DNA of 64,000 nucleotides from contig OZ024741.1 of assembly GCA_964016885.1 (NCBI GenBank), positions 195,548,001 through 195,612,000 on the forward strand, written 5' to 3'. The position numbers and the translations under genes were made by a program. This DNA is from Eledone cirrhosa (lineage: Eukaryota). The notes under the pieces are model-generated. The model had not been told where the DNA came from, ran no database searches, and saw nothing but the letters and a program-made list of their open reading frames with translations. Positions within the stretch are counted from its first letter, which is position 1, and each line of letters starts with the position of its first letter. This document shows, piece after piece, positions 10,201 to 23,057 of the stretch.

Positions 10201-12638
10201 TCCCTTTCTCTAATGAAGAACCTATCTAAATACGATCTAGATGTCCCACTGCGGTTTGCCCACGTCCACTGTGGTGCAGTCGGGAAATCCAGTCGATACC
10301 TATCGGCCATTTGGAATTGGCCGATTAAAGTTTTGAGGCTGTTTCACACACACACACACACACACCCTCCTCTACTGGGACAAGCTCCCACATACTCCCA
10401 TCGTGCATCTAGGATACCATTCCAGTCCCCCACTAAAAGTAAGGAGCGAGACGTTCCCAGAAAAGACTCTAGACGCTTAAAGAAGTCTGGCCGTGAATGC
10501 GATTGCCCGGTCGGGGCATAAACGGCCACCAGTCTGAAGGCTCTACCTCCAATACTGTTCACGTCTAGGACTACCAGTCTACCCTCCGGGTCCTAGTGTA
10601 CTTGCTGTACTTCGACATCCAGGTTCTTCCGAAACATGACAGCCACTCCCCTCCACCTCCTGGCTGACAGAGAGATGCGTAGATCTCAAAGTCGTCGAAG
10701 ATGGGGGTTAGTTGCTGCCTGTTGTGGATCCTGGACTCGGTGATGGCTATCACATCCATACCGTATGACCTAAGGTCGATTAAAAGTTGGCCCTGTTTCC
10801 AGGGCATCCCTATAAACGCACATTCACGGTTCCAACTCGTAAACCAGCCATGTTGGTGAAGAAGAGTTGGAGAAAAAGGACGAAAGGCGCACTTACTTTT
10901 TCGTTTCCTGGAGATCGGGTTGTTCAATCTCCATTTGGGTGCTGGATGGGCTGTTGGGTGGGGTGGGAAAACATTTTAATAGGACGCGGTTGATGGGTTT
11001 CTGGCAGGGGTTGCCCACGTCCTGTGAACATTTATTTTTCAGGTCATTATAGGCTTCCATAGAAACCCTTATAAGTTTAAGGTGTGGAGACGATTCTACC
11101 TTGACGAATGTTTTGCCCTCCGTCTCCACCTTGGGGTTTTGGGAGATGACCTCCATCAAACTCTTGTTGTTTGTGTTGATGTATGCGTATTGTTGTTTGT
11201 GTTTTTGTTGTGTTGTTTTAGTTTGTTGTTCGTCCGGGAGTTTACTTTTTATGGTGGGTGCTTGTGTTTGGGGTGGTGTTGGTGCTGGTTTTGCTGGTAG
11301 GGGGATGTTTGACTGTGGTGTTGTTTGTGTTGTTGTTTGTGTGTGTAGTTGTGTGTTGGTGTTGGTGATTGGAGTTTTGGGGGTTTTGTGGTGTCTCTAT
11401 TTTTGTTTTTTAGATTTCCGCGGCTCTCCCTCTTCTTCACTTAAAGAAAGAGAAGCAGCTTCATCCGTCGATGAATAATCATCGTCAGGTGTGTGGGGTA
11501 GGGGTATGTTGTGTGGTGGTGGTGTTTCGGTGTGTGTGTTTGTGGTAGCGTTTGATGGAGTGGGATAGGGTGGGGCTGTGTTCTTCAGGGGTGTTGTCTC
11601 TGTTTTTTCTGTTGTTGTTGGTTGTGTGGCTGTTTGTTTTGGTGTAGTTGCTCGTTTCGTCTGTCGTTGTACTGGTAGTGGTGGTGGTTGTTTTGGTGTT
11701 GGTAATAGTGTTTTTTTAATGATGTTGTTGTGGTGTTTTGGGGCGAGTGCCTCGCTTTTAAACAGTACGGAAACACTTCCGTACTGTTTTCCTCGTTGGA
11801 GAAAGTCGGTATTTGCTAGAATTTTCTTGAAAGTAGCTTCTATATATGTTTGATTAACAAATATCGGCTTTCTCGTGGTATTGAATACAGTCCTAAAGAT
11901 CACTGTTATTCGAACTGCGTCTTCTTTTATTTCAAGGGGTGAGTTAATTCTAAACCCACCTTTCTCTTCGAAAGTTACAAATTTTCTCCCTTGCTGGAGC
12001 ATATCTCTTGCATTGGAGATGTCAAGATTTATAAAATCTTGTTTTTTGTTCACTGTTTCAGCGAAAAACATTTTTTTTTGTGTGTGTGGTGTTGCTGTTG
12101 TTGTTGTTGTTTTTATCGTTGTTAGTCTCGGTGTTGGAAATCTCAGTTCCTTGACGAGGTGAAACTTTATGTGTAGATGTATCTGTGGAGTTGTTGATGT
12201 TGACTTTTTCATGTGTATGTATGTTAATGGGTTTAATTCCTGAGTTTTCATTTCTCTCCGCTTCGACGGTAGAAATTGTACAATCTTCAAGTGTCAATAT
12301 TTTTTCCCTTTGTTGACAGTCGTATCTATGGCGACGTCTATAGTAGCAGAAGCAGATATAACGCTAAAATCTGCCTCTTTCTCTCTATTATCTCTGTCGA
12401 CGTTCTCCAGCGTTCCTTTCGTGTTATTCATGTTTTATAGTTGGCAAAATTTAATATTTTAAAACAATTTTAAAATTATATTTTCGCCCCTAAAGGGGCG
12501 AAAAATGCGATTACCTCCCAGCTGACAATTCAGCTTGGGGGTTAATCTACAAAATAATATGTTTTTTCAAACAATTTGTTCTGTTTTTCGTATATAAATT
12601 TACAAAAAATCTTACCGGCGATGTTCCACGCGTCAGGC
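7211..12638 (-). mobile_element. Near full-length, defective Tx1 copy 3 (subfamily C)
   Basis: ORF2 broken into pieces (7394-8350, 8188-8889, 8583-9110, 9126-10310, 10344-10562); (CA)n insertion in the endonuclease; ORF1 frameshifted and internally deleted; 5' UTR hairpins retained. Confidence 0.92.
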
Positions 12639-12675
<37 letters not shown>

Positions 12676-12677
12676 TA
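12639..12677. repeat. (GATA)n spacer between Tx1 copies 3 and 4
   Basis: Direct reading. Confidence 0.95.
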
Positions 12678-15602
12678 TTTCTTTATTAGCCACAGGGGCA
12701 CAAAAGAAGGGGACAAATACAAAGGGGGAAGTTTACATACAATAAAAACGTGTAAAATGTTATCACAGATGGAATTTAAAAGTTAGTCGATTTCCCCAAT
12801 AGAGGAAGACAGTTTATATGGGTAACACATACCCCCGAAAAAAAATGTGCAACCCTCATCTCCAGGAGTACGAAGAGTTTGTACTCCTTTCCTCTCCTCC
12901 TCCTTTTCCTCAACCTACAGGCTGATATAGAGAGAATGCCCATTCACTCGGGCCATTCTCGCCACTTTCACCCACCTTTCATAAAACTTGCTGGGGTACA
13001 GCACCTCTCTCTCCATCCTGATTCTTCTTCCAAAGTGGTATTTGAAAAAAAAGAATCAGTTGTTGGCCGGAGAGAAAGGTGTCTGACCTCAGCCCTTTCA
13101 ACCTTGTCCATCATACAACCTCTTTCGCCATAGCTATCACACAAAGGAAAACCGCCTCTCCTTCGTTTTTGAAGGAGGGTGGCGGTTTGATCATGACAAT
13201 GGACTCGGTGGTCAACTGGATTGGTCCCACCCGCGACAATAGTCGTTCTACATAGCCCCACAGGTCAGTGACGCCCGAGCAGTGTATGAATGCGTGCGCG
13301 ACGGTTTCTTCGTCTCGCACGCACCTCGGACAGATCTTTTTTGCAGGGTCCCTGCCCGGGCGCCCATGTCTGTAGAGCTTGTCTCGAACTGGTAGAGCTC
13401 CTCGGTAGCACTGCTAGGCCAGGGACTTTTGGAAGTTGTCCATCGGTCCCGGGCGGAAGGTCCTACCGAACAGACTGGCCAGTTCATCTTCCTCTACGCC
13501 TAGAGTTTCACCGAGCGCGTCGTCGCACTTGCTGCGGACCAACCCTCTATAGAATGACGAAGTGGCGTCTCCACTGATCGCCGGGTCCGCCTGCCAGAGG
13601 GCTGTGAGCGCCTGAGCACATTCGATGTGCCAGTCGCCCATTTTCCTCGGTCTCTGCTTGACCCAGGACTGCAGCTCGGTCAGCGAGACGAGTTGTGGGA
13701 AGGCTCGCCTCACGAACGGGGCCCACACCGGTTGTCCGGTGAGGAATACGTAGAGATGCCGCTGCCTGAGCGCGTGTTTGCGCATCGACAACCACGGCAT
13801 CCCCAGCCCTCCGTTAGAAGGGTGTTGGCAGCAGATGGATCTTCTCACCAAAGGAGCCCGCCTCTTCCAAAGGAATCGGAAGAGCGCGCGCTCCATTTTG
13901 GCGAGCGTTTTGGCTGGACAAGGCACGACGGTCAAGCGGTAGTAGATGGCGGACGCTATAAAAGTGTTCGCCACCTCCGCTCGACCTTTCAAGGATAGTT
14001 TGCACTCGGCCCACTTCTGGGTGAGTGCAAACACCTTGGCCGTCACTTCGTTCCAGTTCTTCTCCACCTGGAGGTCCGGACCAAACCAGACCCCGAGCAG
14101 CTTTACCGTTCCTTCCGTCCAGCGTCCGACGACGCCATCGGAAGGCATCGGTCTGCCTCTCCACGATCCGAGTTGCAAACCGATGGACTTGTCCCGGTTC
14201 AGCTTCGCTCCTGTGAGACTTTCGTATTCCTTCAGTAAGGTGCCGACTTCCTCGATTTGCGAGGCGCTCGAAACCATTACTGTCACGTCGTCGGCGTAGG
14301 CCGACGCCGCTTTCCGCAGTCCTGGTTCCAGAGGGATGCCCTGCAATAGCTCCAGCTTCCGCAGTAGTGGCTCGAGAGTCAGTACGTACAGAAGGGAGGA
14401 GAGAGGGCATCCCTGTCGAATGGATCGCGTAATATGGAACGGCTCCGAGAGGTAACCGTTCACCTTGACCCTTGAGCAGATGTTGCTGTTGTGCATTGCA
14501 GCAATCCAGCCCCTGAACACGGGTCCGAAGCCTGCCGCCTCGATCACCGCATCCAGGTAACGATGGTCAACCCTATCGAAAGCCTTAGACTGATCCAAGT
14601 TGATCAGGGCCCCACCGAAGCCGGGTTTACACCCTACCCTCTCTATGATGTATCGCATGAGGTGGAGGTTGTCGTGTATGGACCTGGTCGGGATTGCGCA
14701 TGTCTGCGCTTCTCCCACCAGGTTCTCGACGACAAGCGCCAGCCTCTTTGCCAACACCTTGGCCAAAATCTGTAACTCTGTGTTTACCAGAGTTATGGGC
14801 CGGAAGTTGCCTATGTCATCCCCCTTATTCTCATCCTTCCTGACTAATGTGACCACGCCCCCGGTTACAGAACTGGGAATTCTCCCGTTCTGTTTCCAGT
14901 TGCAGTAGACCGCTTCCAGGAGACCGGAGAATAAGTCCGGCATTGCTACGTAAATTTCGTATGGTAGACTGTCGAGACCTGGAGATTTGCGTTTGCCGCA
15001 TTGGCTCAGCGCGTCCCCTATCTCAGCGGCTGAAATCGGCTTTTCGCAGAACTTTGCCTCGCTGTCCGAGAGTCGCGGTAGGCCGTCGAGGTATGGACCG
15101 AAATCCATAGCCCCTTCCGGTGCGCCGCCCCGCCCGAACAGTTGAGCAAAGTGTCGCTGAAAGGCCGCACACATCTGCTTCGGCTCACGTATCCCTCGGG
15201 CCCAGCTAACAGCTTTGGCTCCTTCGTTTCCCAGAGCACATATTTTGCTTCTGACAACGCAGCCCTCGTGCTTTGCGTCGAAGAACTGGTCCAAGGCCGT
15301 TCTCGTTGCTAGCACGCTGGCTACGTTGCCACTTCTAATTGCCTCTTCTACTTTATCTACCAGTTCCTTCTCGGTTCTATTTCTATCTAACGCTAATTCT
15401 TTACTAAAAACTAATGAGTCTAATCTAATTGCCCTCTTGAGAGAGTACCACCATCTGTTGTTGACAATGGCCCTGTCAAGTGCTGTTTAACTAAAGTGCT
15501 AATCCGTCTACTGTAGGCTTTGCTTGTCGGTAACGACAAGTTCAGCTTCCAGTAGCCGGGTCCTTGTCTATGGGTTCTATCAAGGTTGGCCATGCAGGTC
15601 AC

Positions 15603-15604
<2 letters not shown>
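12678..15604 (-). mobile_element. 5'-truncated, defective Tx1 copy 4 (subfamily B)
   Basis: RT-containing ORF 13414-15315 (YADD) with a premature stop and an in-frame deletion (WAR|GIREPK); truncated at the end of the endonuclease (..LVTC) directly into (GATA)n. Confidence 0.92.

Positions 15605-15670
<66 letters not shown>
15605..15670. repeat. (GATA)n spacer between Tx1 copies 4 and 5
   Basis: Direct reading. Confidence 0.95.
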
Positions 15671-15671
<1 letters not shown>

Positions 15672-15904
15672 TTCTTTATTAGCCACAAGGGCGCAACAAG
15701 AAAGGGGACAATACAAAGACATGCCGGGGATTTTACATACAGTCGTGTAAAAAATATAAAAACAAACAATTTCAACAATCGAAATCCCCAATAGGGGGGA
15801 GGCGCCACAAATGGGTTGTTTAATACCCCGTCGGTAGAACAACCCTCAACTCAAGGAGCGTGTTGTGCAAGTGCTCCTTTCTTCCTTTTGCTCTCTTCCT
15901 CAAC

Positions 15905-18900
15905 CTACAGGCTTGTAAACAGAGAAGGCCCAATCACTCGGGCCATTTTCGCTTCATTCACCCACCTTTCAGTAAATTTACTGGGGTGCAGTGCCTCTCT
16001 CTCCACCCTGATTCTCCTTCTAAAGTGATACTTAAAGAATGGAATCAATTGTTGTCCGGAGAGAAAGGCATCTGTCCTCAGTCCTCTCAACCTCGTCCAC
16101 CATATAACTTCTTTCACCATAGCCACCGTACAGAGGAAAACCGCCTCTCTTTCGTTTTTGAAAGAGTCTGGCGGTTTGATCCTTACTATGGACTCGGCAG
16201 TCAACTGTATTTGTCCCATACGCGACAGCAGTTGTTCTGCATAGTTCCACAGGTCGCTTACGCTCGGGCAGTGTACAATTGCGTGCAGAACTGTTTCAAT
16301 GTCCTGCGCACATCTTGGACACGTCCTCTTGGAAGGATCCCTGCCAGGGCGTCCGTGCCTGTAGATCTTGTCACGAACCGGTAGAGCTCCTCGGTAGCAC
16401 TGCCAGGCCAGGGACCTCTGGAAGTTGTCCATAGGTCCCGGGCGGAAAGTCCTACCAAACATACTGGTGAGCTCATCGTCTTCGACGCCCAGAGTCTCTC
16501 CGAGCACGTCGTCGCCCTTGTAACGTACAATCCCTCTATAGAATGTCGAAGTGGAGTCTCTACTGATTGCTGCGCCCGCTTGCCAGAGGACTGTGAGCGC
16601 CTGAGCGCATTCAATGTGCCAGGCGCCCATCGTTTTCGGTCTTTTCTTCACCCAGGACTGCAGCTCCGTTAGCGAGACGAGCTGTGGGAAAGCCTGTCTC
16701 ACAAACGGTGCCCACACCGGTTGGGGGTCGGTGAGGAATACCTGGAGATGCCGCAGCCTCAGCGCATGTTTGCGCATCATCAGCCACGGCATTCCCAGCC
16801 CTCCGTTGGAAGGGTGCTGACAGCAGACGGATCTCCTCACCAGCGGAGCCTGCTTCTTCCACAGAAACTGGAAGAGCATGCGTTTCATCTTGGCGAGGTG
16901 TTCACAGGGACAAGGCACGACAGTCAAGCGGTAGTAGATGACGGACGCTATGAAAGTGTTCGCCACCTCCGCTCGACCTTTCAAGGACAGTTTGCACTCT
17001 GCCCACTTCTGAGTGAGTGCAAACACCTTGGCCGTGACCTCGTTCCAGTTTTTCTCCACCTGGAGGTCTGGACCGAACCAGACCACGAGCAATTTCACCG
17101 GTCCGTCCGTCCAGCGTCCAACGACGCTGTCGGATGTCATCGGTTTGCCTCTCCACGTACCGAGTTGCAAACCGACAGACTTGTCTGGGTTTAGTTTTGC
17201 TCCCGTCAGCGTTTCGTATTCTTTCAGTATGTTGCCGATCACCCCGATTTCCGAGGTGCTCGACACCATTACTGTCACGTCGTCGGCATAAGCCGACGCC
17301 GCTTTGCGCAGTCCCGGTTCTAGGGGGATGCCCTGCAACAGCTCCAATTTCTGCAGTAGTGGCTCTAGAGTCAATACATACAGAATGGAGGAGAGAGGGC
17401 ATCCCTGTCGAATGGAACGCGTGATTGCGAACGGCTCCGATAGGTAGCCGTTCACCATGACCCTCGAGCAGATGCTGGTGTGCATCGCCCCGATCCATCC
17501 TCTGAACACGGGACCGAAACCGGCCGCCTTGAGAACCGCTTCCAAGTATCGATGGTCGACCCTATCGAATGCCTTAGACTGATCCAAGTTGATCAGAGCC
17601 CCACCGAAGCCGGGTTTACTACCCACCCTCTCTATGATGTATCGCATGAGGTGGAGGTTGTCGTGTATGGACCTGGTCGGGATTGCACACATTTGCGCTT
17701 TCCCTACCAGGTTCTCGACGACAAGCGCCAACCTCGTCGCTAGCACCTTGGCCAAAATCTTTAACTCTGTGTTGAGCAGAGTTATGGGCCTGAAGTTGTT
17801 AATTTCGTCCCCCTTGTTCTCGTCTTTCCTGATCAACGTTACTACGCCCTTGCCTGCAGAACTGGGAATTCTCCGGTTCTGCTGCCAATTGCAGTAGACG
17901 GCTTCGAGGACGCCAGAGAAAAAGTCCGGCATGCCTATGTAAAATTCGTAGGGTAGACCATCTAGACCGGGTGACTTGCGTTTCCCGCAGCGGCCCAGAG
18001 CGTCCCGTATCTCAGTGTCCGTGATCGGTCTTTCGCAGAACTCGGCGTCCTTGTTCGAGAGACGCGGCAGGCCGTCGAGGTATGAACTAAAGTCCATTGC
18101 CCCGTTCGGCTCACCGTCGTTCTGCTCAAACAGTCGCGCAAAGTGCCGCTGAAAGGCCGCGCACATTTGCTTGGGGTCAAGTAGCACGCGTCCGTTTTGG
18201 TCTTTCAAAGACCGAATCGTGGACTTGTTGCCACTTTTTGCCTCCGCCACTCGGGCCCAGCTGACAGCTTTCGCTCCTTCGTTTCCTAGAGCACGTGTTT
18301 TGCTTCTGACCACGCAGCCTTCGTGTTTCGCATCGAAGAACTGGTCCAGTGCCGTTCTCGACGCTAACACTCTAGCCGCGTTTCCACTTCTAAGTGCCTC
18401 CTCTACCTTGGCTACTAGTTCTCTTTCTATTCTGTTTTTCTCTAAGGCTAACTCTCTGCTATACCCTATCGATTCTATTCTAATTGCTTTCTTGAGAGAG
18501 TACCACCATCTATTGTTGACGATGGCTCCCGTTAACTGTTGCTTGACTAGTCTACTTATCCGTTCACTGTAAGCTTTACGTGCCGGCAACGACACGTTCA
18601 GCTTCCAGTATCCGGGACCCTGTCTATGTATTCTATCACGGTTGACTAAGCAGACGACTAACTTGTGATCTGAATAGGCAACCATGTGCATTCGTGGACA
18701 GCTTAACATATCTTGTCCCTTTCTCTAATGAAGAACCTATCTAAATACGATCTAGATGTCCCACTGCGGTTTACCCACGTCCACTGTGGTGCAGTCGGGA
18801 AATCCAGTCGATACCTATCGGCCAGTTGGAATTGGCCGATTAAAGTTTTGAGGCTGTTGCACCCCGCTCTACTGGGACATGCTCCCACATAGTCCCATCG

Positions 18901-19334
18901 TGCATCTAGGATACCATTCCAGTCCCCCACTAAAAGTAAGGAGCGAGACGTTCCCAGAAAAGACTCTAGACGCTTAAAGAAGTCTGGCCGTGATTGCGAT
19001 TGCCCGGTCGGGGCATAAACGGCCACCAGTCTGAAGGCTCAACCTCCGATACTGTTCACGTCTAGGACTACCAGTCTACCCTCCGGGTCCAAGTGTACTT
19101 GCTGTACTTCGACGTCATGACAGCCACTCCCCCTCCACCTCCTGGCTGACAGAGAGATGCGTAGATCTCAAAGTCATCGAAGATGGGGGTTAGTTGCTGC
19201 CTGTTGGGGATTCTGGACTCGGTGATGGCTATCACATCCATACTGTGTGACCTAAGGTCGTTTAAAAGTTGGCCCTGTTTCCAGGGCATCCCTAGGCCAC
19301 GCACATTCACGGTTCCAACTCGTAAACCAGCCAT
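15905..19334 (-). pseudogene. Tx1 copy 5 ORF2 with two frameshifts in the APE domain; RT and C-terminus open (934 aa)
   Basis: MAGLRVGTVNVRGL.. start, GDWN, SYLDRF, YSDH, YADD, CPRC..H motifs spread over three ORFs. Confidence 0.88.
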
Positions 19335-19375
19335 GTTGGTGAAGAAAAGTTGGAGAAAAAGGACGAAAGGTGCAC

Positions 19376-21253
19376 TTACTTTTTCGTTTCCTGGAGATCG
19401 GGTTGTTCAATCTCCATTTGGGTGCTGGATGGGGTGTTGGGTGGGGTGGGGAAACCTTTCAACAGGACGCGGTTGATGGGTTTGTGGCAGGGGTTGCCCA
19501 CGTCCTGTGAAAATTTAATTTTCAGGTCTTTATAGGTTTCCATAGAAACCCTTATAAGTTTAAGGTGTGGAGACGATTCTGCCTTGACGAAAGTTTTGCC
19601 CTCCGTCTCCACCTTGGGGTTTTGGGAGATGACCTCCATCAAACTCTTGTTGTTTGTGTTGATGTATGCGTATTGTTGTTTGTGTTTTTGTTGTATTGTT
19701 TTAGTTTGTTGTTCATCTGGGAGTTTTCTTTTTATGGTGGGTGCTTGTGTTTGGGGTGGTGTTGGTGCTGGTTTTGCTGATAGGGGGGTGTTTGACTGTG
19801 GTGTTGTTTGTGTTGTTGTTTGTGTCTGTGGTTGTGTGTTGGTGTTGGTGATTGGAGTTTTGGGGGTTTTGTGGTGTCTCTTTTTTTGTTTTTTGGATTT
19901 CCGCGGTTCTCCCTCTTCTTCACTTAAAGAAGGAGAAGCAGCTTCATCCGTCGATGAATAATCATCGTCAGGTGTGTGGGGTAAGGGTATGTTGTGTGGT
20001 GGTGGTGGTGTTTCGGTATGTGTGTTTGTGGTAGTGTTTGATGGAGTGGGATGGAGTGGGGATGTGTTCTTCAGGGGTGTTGTCTCTGTTTTTTCTGTTG
20101 TTGTTGGTTGAGTGTCTGTTTGTTTTGGTGTGGTTGCTCGTTTCGTCTGTCGTTGTACTTGTGGTTGTGGTGGTGGTTGTTTTGGTGTTGGTGTTGGTAA
20201 TAGCGTTTTTTTTATGATGTTGCTGTTGTGTGTTTGTGGACAAGAGGCTTTTAGGTGAGATGTGCTACCACAGCGAAAGCAGTGAAATTTTCTTCCTTCT
20301 ACCGAAATGTTTATTTTGTTGTTATTATCAATAACGACTCTTTCGGGTATTTTGGAGATTCTCTCCGGTTTCATTTGCAACAGAATCTCCAAATCGGTGC
20401 CCGCCCACCTTTGTCGAATGGATTTTCGTATCGAAAGTATTACGTCTGTCTCTGGCTCTACGAAGCCAGCCAAGATCCACCAGATGTTAATGCTTGGAGG
20501 TATGTTTTTTATTTTTATTTTTTGTGTCCTTTTCCCCATGTGTGTAGGGAAAAAGGTGTATGCTTTTGACACTATTGGTGTCACGGAGTTTTTTGGGGCC
20601 AGTGTCTCGCTTTTAAACAGTACGGAAACACTTCCGTACTGTTTTCCTCGCTGGAGAAAATCGACATTTCCTAGAATCTCCTTGAAAGAATCTTCTATAT
20701 CTGACTGATTAACAAATGTCGGTTTTCTTGACGAATTTGACACAGTCCTAAAAGTGACTGATCGGCGGTTTGTGTCTTCCTTTATTTCAAGGGGTGAGTT
20801 AATTCTAAACCCACCTCGTTCTTCGAAAGTTACAAATTTTCTCCCTTGCTGGAGCATATCTCTTGCGTTGGAGATATCAAGATTTATAAAATCTTGTTTC
20901 TTGTTGACTGTGTCAGCAAAAGACATTTTCTTTTTTTGTGTGATGTTGTTGTTAATAATGATGTTATCGTTGTTGGAAATCTTATGTGTAGATGTATCTG
21001 TAGAGTTGTTGATGTCTTTTTCATGTGTATGTATGTCAATGGGTTTTTTTGCCGTGTTTTCCCGTGTGTTATTGTCATTTTTCTCCGCTTCGGCGGTAGA
21101 AATTGTAACATTTTCAAATGTTGATATATTTTTTTCTTTTGTGACAGTATCTATGGCAACGTCCATAGCAGCAGAAGCAGATATAACGTTAATATCTGCC
21201 TCTTTCTCTCTCTTTTCACTATTAACGTTCTCCAGCGTTCTAGTGTTGCTCAA
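19376..21253 (-). CDS. Tx1 copy 5 ORF1 (625 aa), zinc-knuckle protein
   Basis: CFRCGSTSHLKASC knuckle; open frame. The start is TTG where copy 3 has ATG (aaaacATGaataacac vs aaaacTTGagcaacac). Confidence 0.8.
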   Translation of the reverse strand: MSNTRTLENVNSEKREKEADINVISASAAMDVAIDTVTKEKNISTFENVTISTAEAEKNDNNTRENTAKKPIDIHTHEKDINNSTDTSTHKISNNDNIIINNNITQKKKMSFADTVNKKQDFINLDISNARDMLQQGRKFVTFEERGGFRINSPLEIKEDTNRRSVTFRTVSNSSRKPTFVNQSDIEDSFKEILGNVDFLQRGKQYGSVSVLFKSETLAPKNSVTPIVSKAYTFFPTHMGKRTQKIKIKNIPPSINIWWILAGFVEPETDVILSIRKSIRQRWAGTDLEILLQMKPERISKIPERVVIDNNNKINISVEGRKFHCFRCGSTSHLKASCPQTHNSNIIKKTLLPTPTPKQPPPQPQVQRQTKRATTPKQTDTQPTTTEKTETTPLKNTSPLHPTPSNTTTNTHTETPPPPHNIPLPHTPDDDYSSTDEAASPSLSEEEGEPRKSKKQKKRHHKTPKTPITNTNTQPQTQTTTQTTPQSNTPLSAKPAPTPPQTQAPTIKRKLPDEQQTKTIQQKHKQQYAYINTNNKSLMEVISQNPKVETEGKTFVKAESSPHLKLIRVSMETYKDLKIKFSQDVGNPCHKPINRVLLKGFPTPPNTPSSTQMEIEQPDLQETKK

Positions 21254-21468
21254 GTTTTTTTTACTTTGTAAAATTTGATATTTTAAGACAAACTTTTAAA
21301 TAAAATTTTCGCCCCTACAGGGGCGAAAAATGGGATTACCACCCAGCTGACAATTCAGCTTGGGGGTTAATCTACAAAGTGTTGTATTTTTTTCAAACAA
21401 TTAGATCGGTTTTTTGCATAGAAATTAACAAAAAACTTACCGGCGATATTCCACACGCTAGACAGAAA

Positions 21469-21580
<112 letters not shown>

Positions 21581-22462
21581 TCGTAGTGGACTATTGTATG
21601 CGCCTTGCACTGGAGAAACACCAGGACTCTGGCTTTACTGTAGCACCGGCTCAGAACAGGAGAGTTAAGGCGAAAAAGATATCGGATGCTGAATTTGCCG
21701 ACAACATAGTTTTGGTGACAAATACAGTGAAGGAGGCAGAGGATTTGATGCAGGAGGTTGAGACTGTGTCGATAAGTGTGGGGCTGAGAATGAATGAGAC
21801 TAAAACAAAATATCTAGTAGAGAATGTTGAGAAGCCAGAGGGGATCACTAAGGTAGGCGGGGGGAAGCCGCTAGAATTGGTTGAGGACTTCCTGTATTTG
21901 GGAGCAAAGATTGGGAATACGGAAGATGATGTGGTTGAGAGGAAGAGCAAAGCCTGGGCGGCGTGCCACAGCTTGAGACCGGTGTGGAAGTCGGACCTTC
22001 GTAGAGACCTGAAAATCCGCCTCTTCATTACTTTAGTGGAGTCCGTGCTGCTGTACGGGTCTGAGACTTGGACACTGACCAAGAAACTCACTCAGATGGT
22101 GGATGGGTGCTACACGAGAATGCTGAGGATGGCTCTGAACATTAATCAGTATACACTGAGGATGAAAAACTCAGAGCTGTATGGGAGCCTCCAAAAAGTC
22201 AGCTCAAAAGTGACACAGAGGTGATTGAGGTTAGCTGGACATGCTCACCGACATCCAGAGTTGACATTGCACTCAGTGCTCCTGTGGGAGCACCTACATG
22301 GACACACTGGAAGAGGAAGACCAAGGTTAACATATGTTGATGCCCTAAGGACAGGCACTGGTCTGTTGGAGACGCAGGACATGGCAGCGATAATGAGGGA
22401 CAGAGACCGCTGGGGAGAACTCGTCCGTGGATCTCGGGAATTTTACCCGCCCTAGAATAGAA
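21581..22462 (+). mobile_element. 5'-truncated RTE-type LINE (RT C-half and thumb)
   Basis: EFADN (FADD variant), GLRMNETKTK, FLYLG, ESVLLYGSETW, RLAGH, GRPRLTY; one internal stop; followed by (TA)n. Confidence 0.85.
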
Positions 22463-22467
22463 TATAT

Positions 22468-22543
<76 letters not shown>

Positions 22544-22547
<4 letters not shown>

Positions 22548-22935
22548 TGTATGTATAGTATATTTGGCAATATACCGTCTGTTTAATTAAAAACATTTAG
22601 AAGACCATACGCTATCAGTTTTAAAGTATTGACTATGCCACTTACTCCTTTTCAGTGGAAGAAAGGAGAGAAGCTGGTTGGCGTTCATCAGAGCCACGTA
22701 CTCCCCTGTTTTCGCCGAGAATTATAGAAGATGGATTCTTATAGAATTCCAATAATAATCAGGAGCTGATTATACAGAGTGATTGCCGGTCCAGCAAAAA
22801 TTAGGTATTAGAGTTGGTGCTCTGAAATAGCGATGTATACATGAATGTAAGTATAGTATATTTGGCAATATACCGTATGTTTAATTAAAAACATTTAGAA
22901 GACCATATGCTATCAGTTTTAAAGTAGTGACTATG

Positions 22936-22940
<5 letters not shown>
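22544..22940. repeat. ~100-bp direct repeat (22544-22642 and 22841-22940) bounding a ~400-bp insert within (TA)n
   Basis: atgaatgta.gtatagtatatttggcaatataccgt...gactatg.cact occurs twice, 297 bp apart. Confidence 0.8.
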
Positions 22941-23016
<76 letters not shown>

Positions 23017-23057
23017 ATATATATATACACACACATATGTACATACATATACATATG

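Larger units (their letters stand above)
15671..21465 (-). mobile_element. Full-length Tx1 copy 5 (subfamily C); ORF2 frameshifted in the endonuclease
   Basis: ORF1 19376-21253; ORF2 in three frames (19068-19334, 18703-19026, 15905-18709); same 3' terminus and 5' UTR hairpins as copy 3. Confidence 0.92.

Noticed and set aside
136-21278. Many plus-strand and off-frame ORFs over the Tx1 array
   Set aside because: Antisense or shifted shadows of ORF1/ORF2; they recur in each copy and have no independent motifs.
22625-22720. Minus-strand CTGATGA with nearby GAAA
   Set aside because: I could not close stems I and III convincingly in any hammerhead topology.
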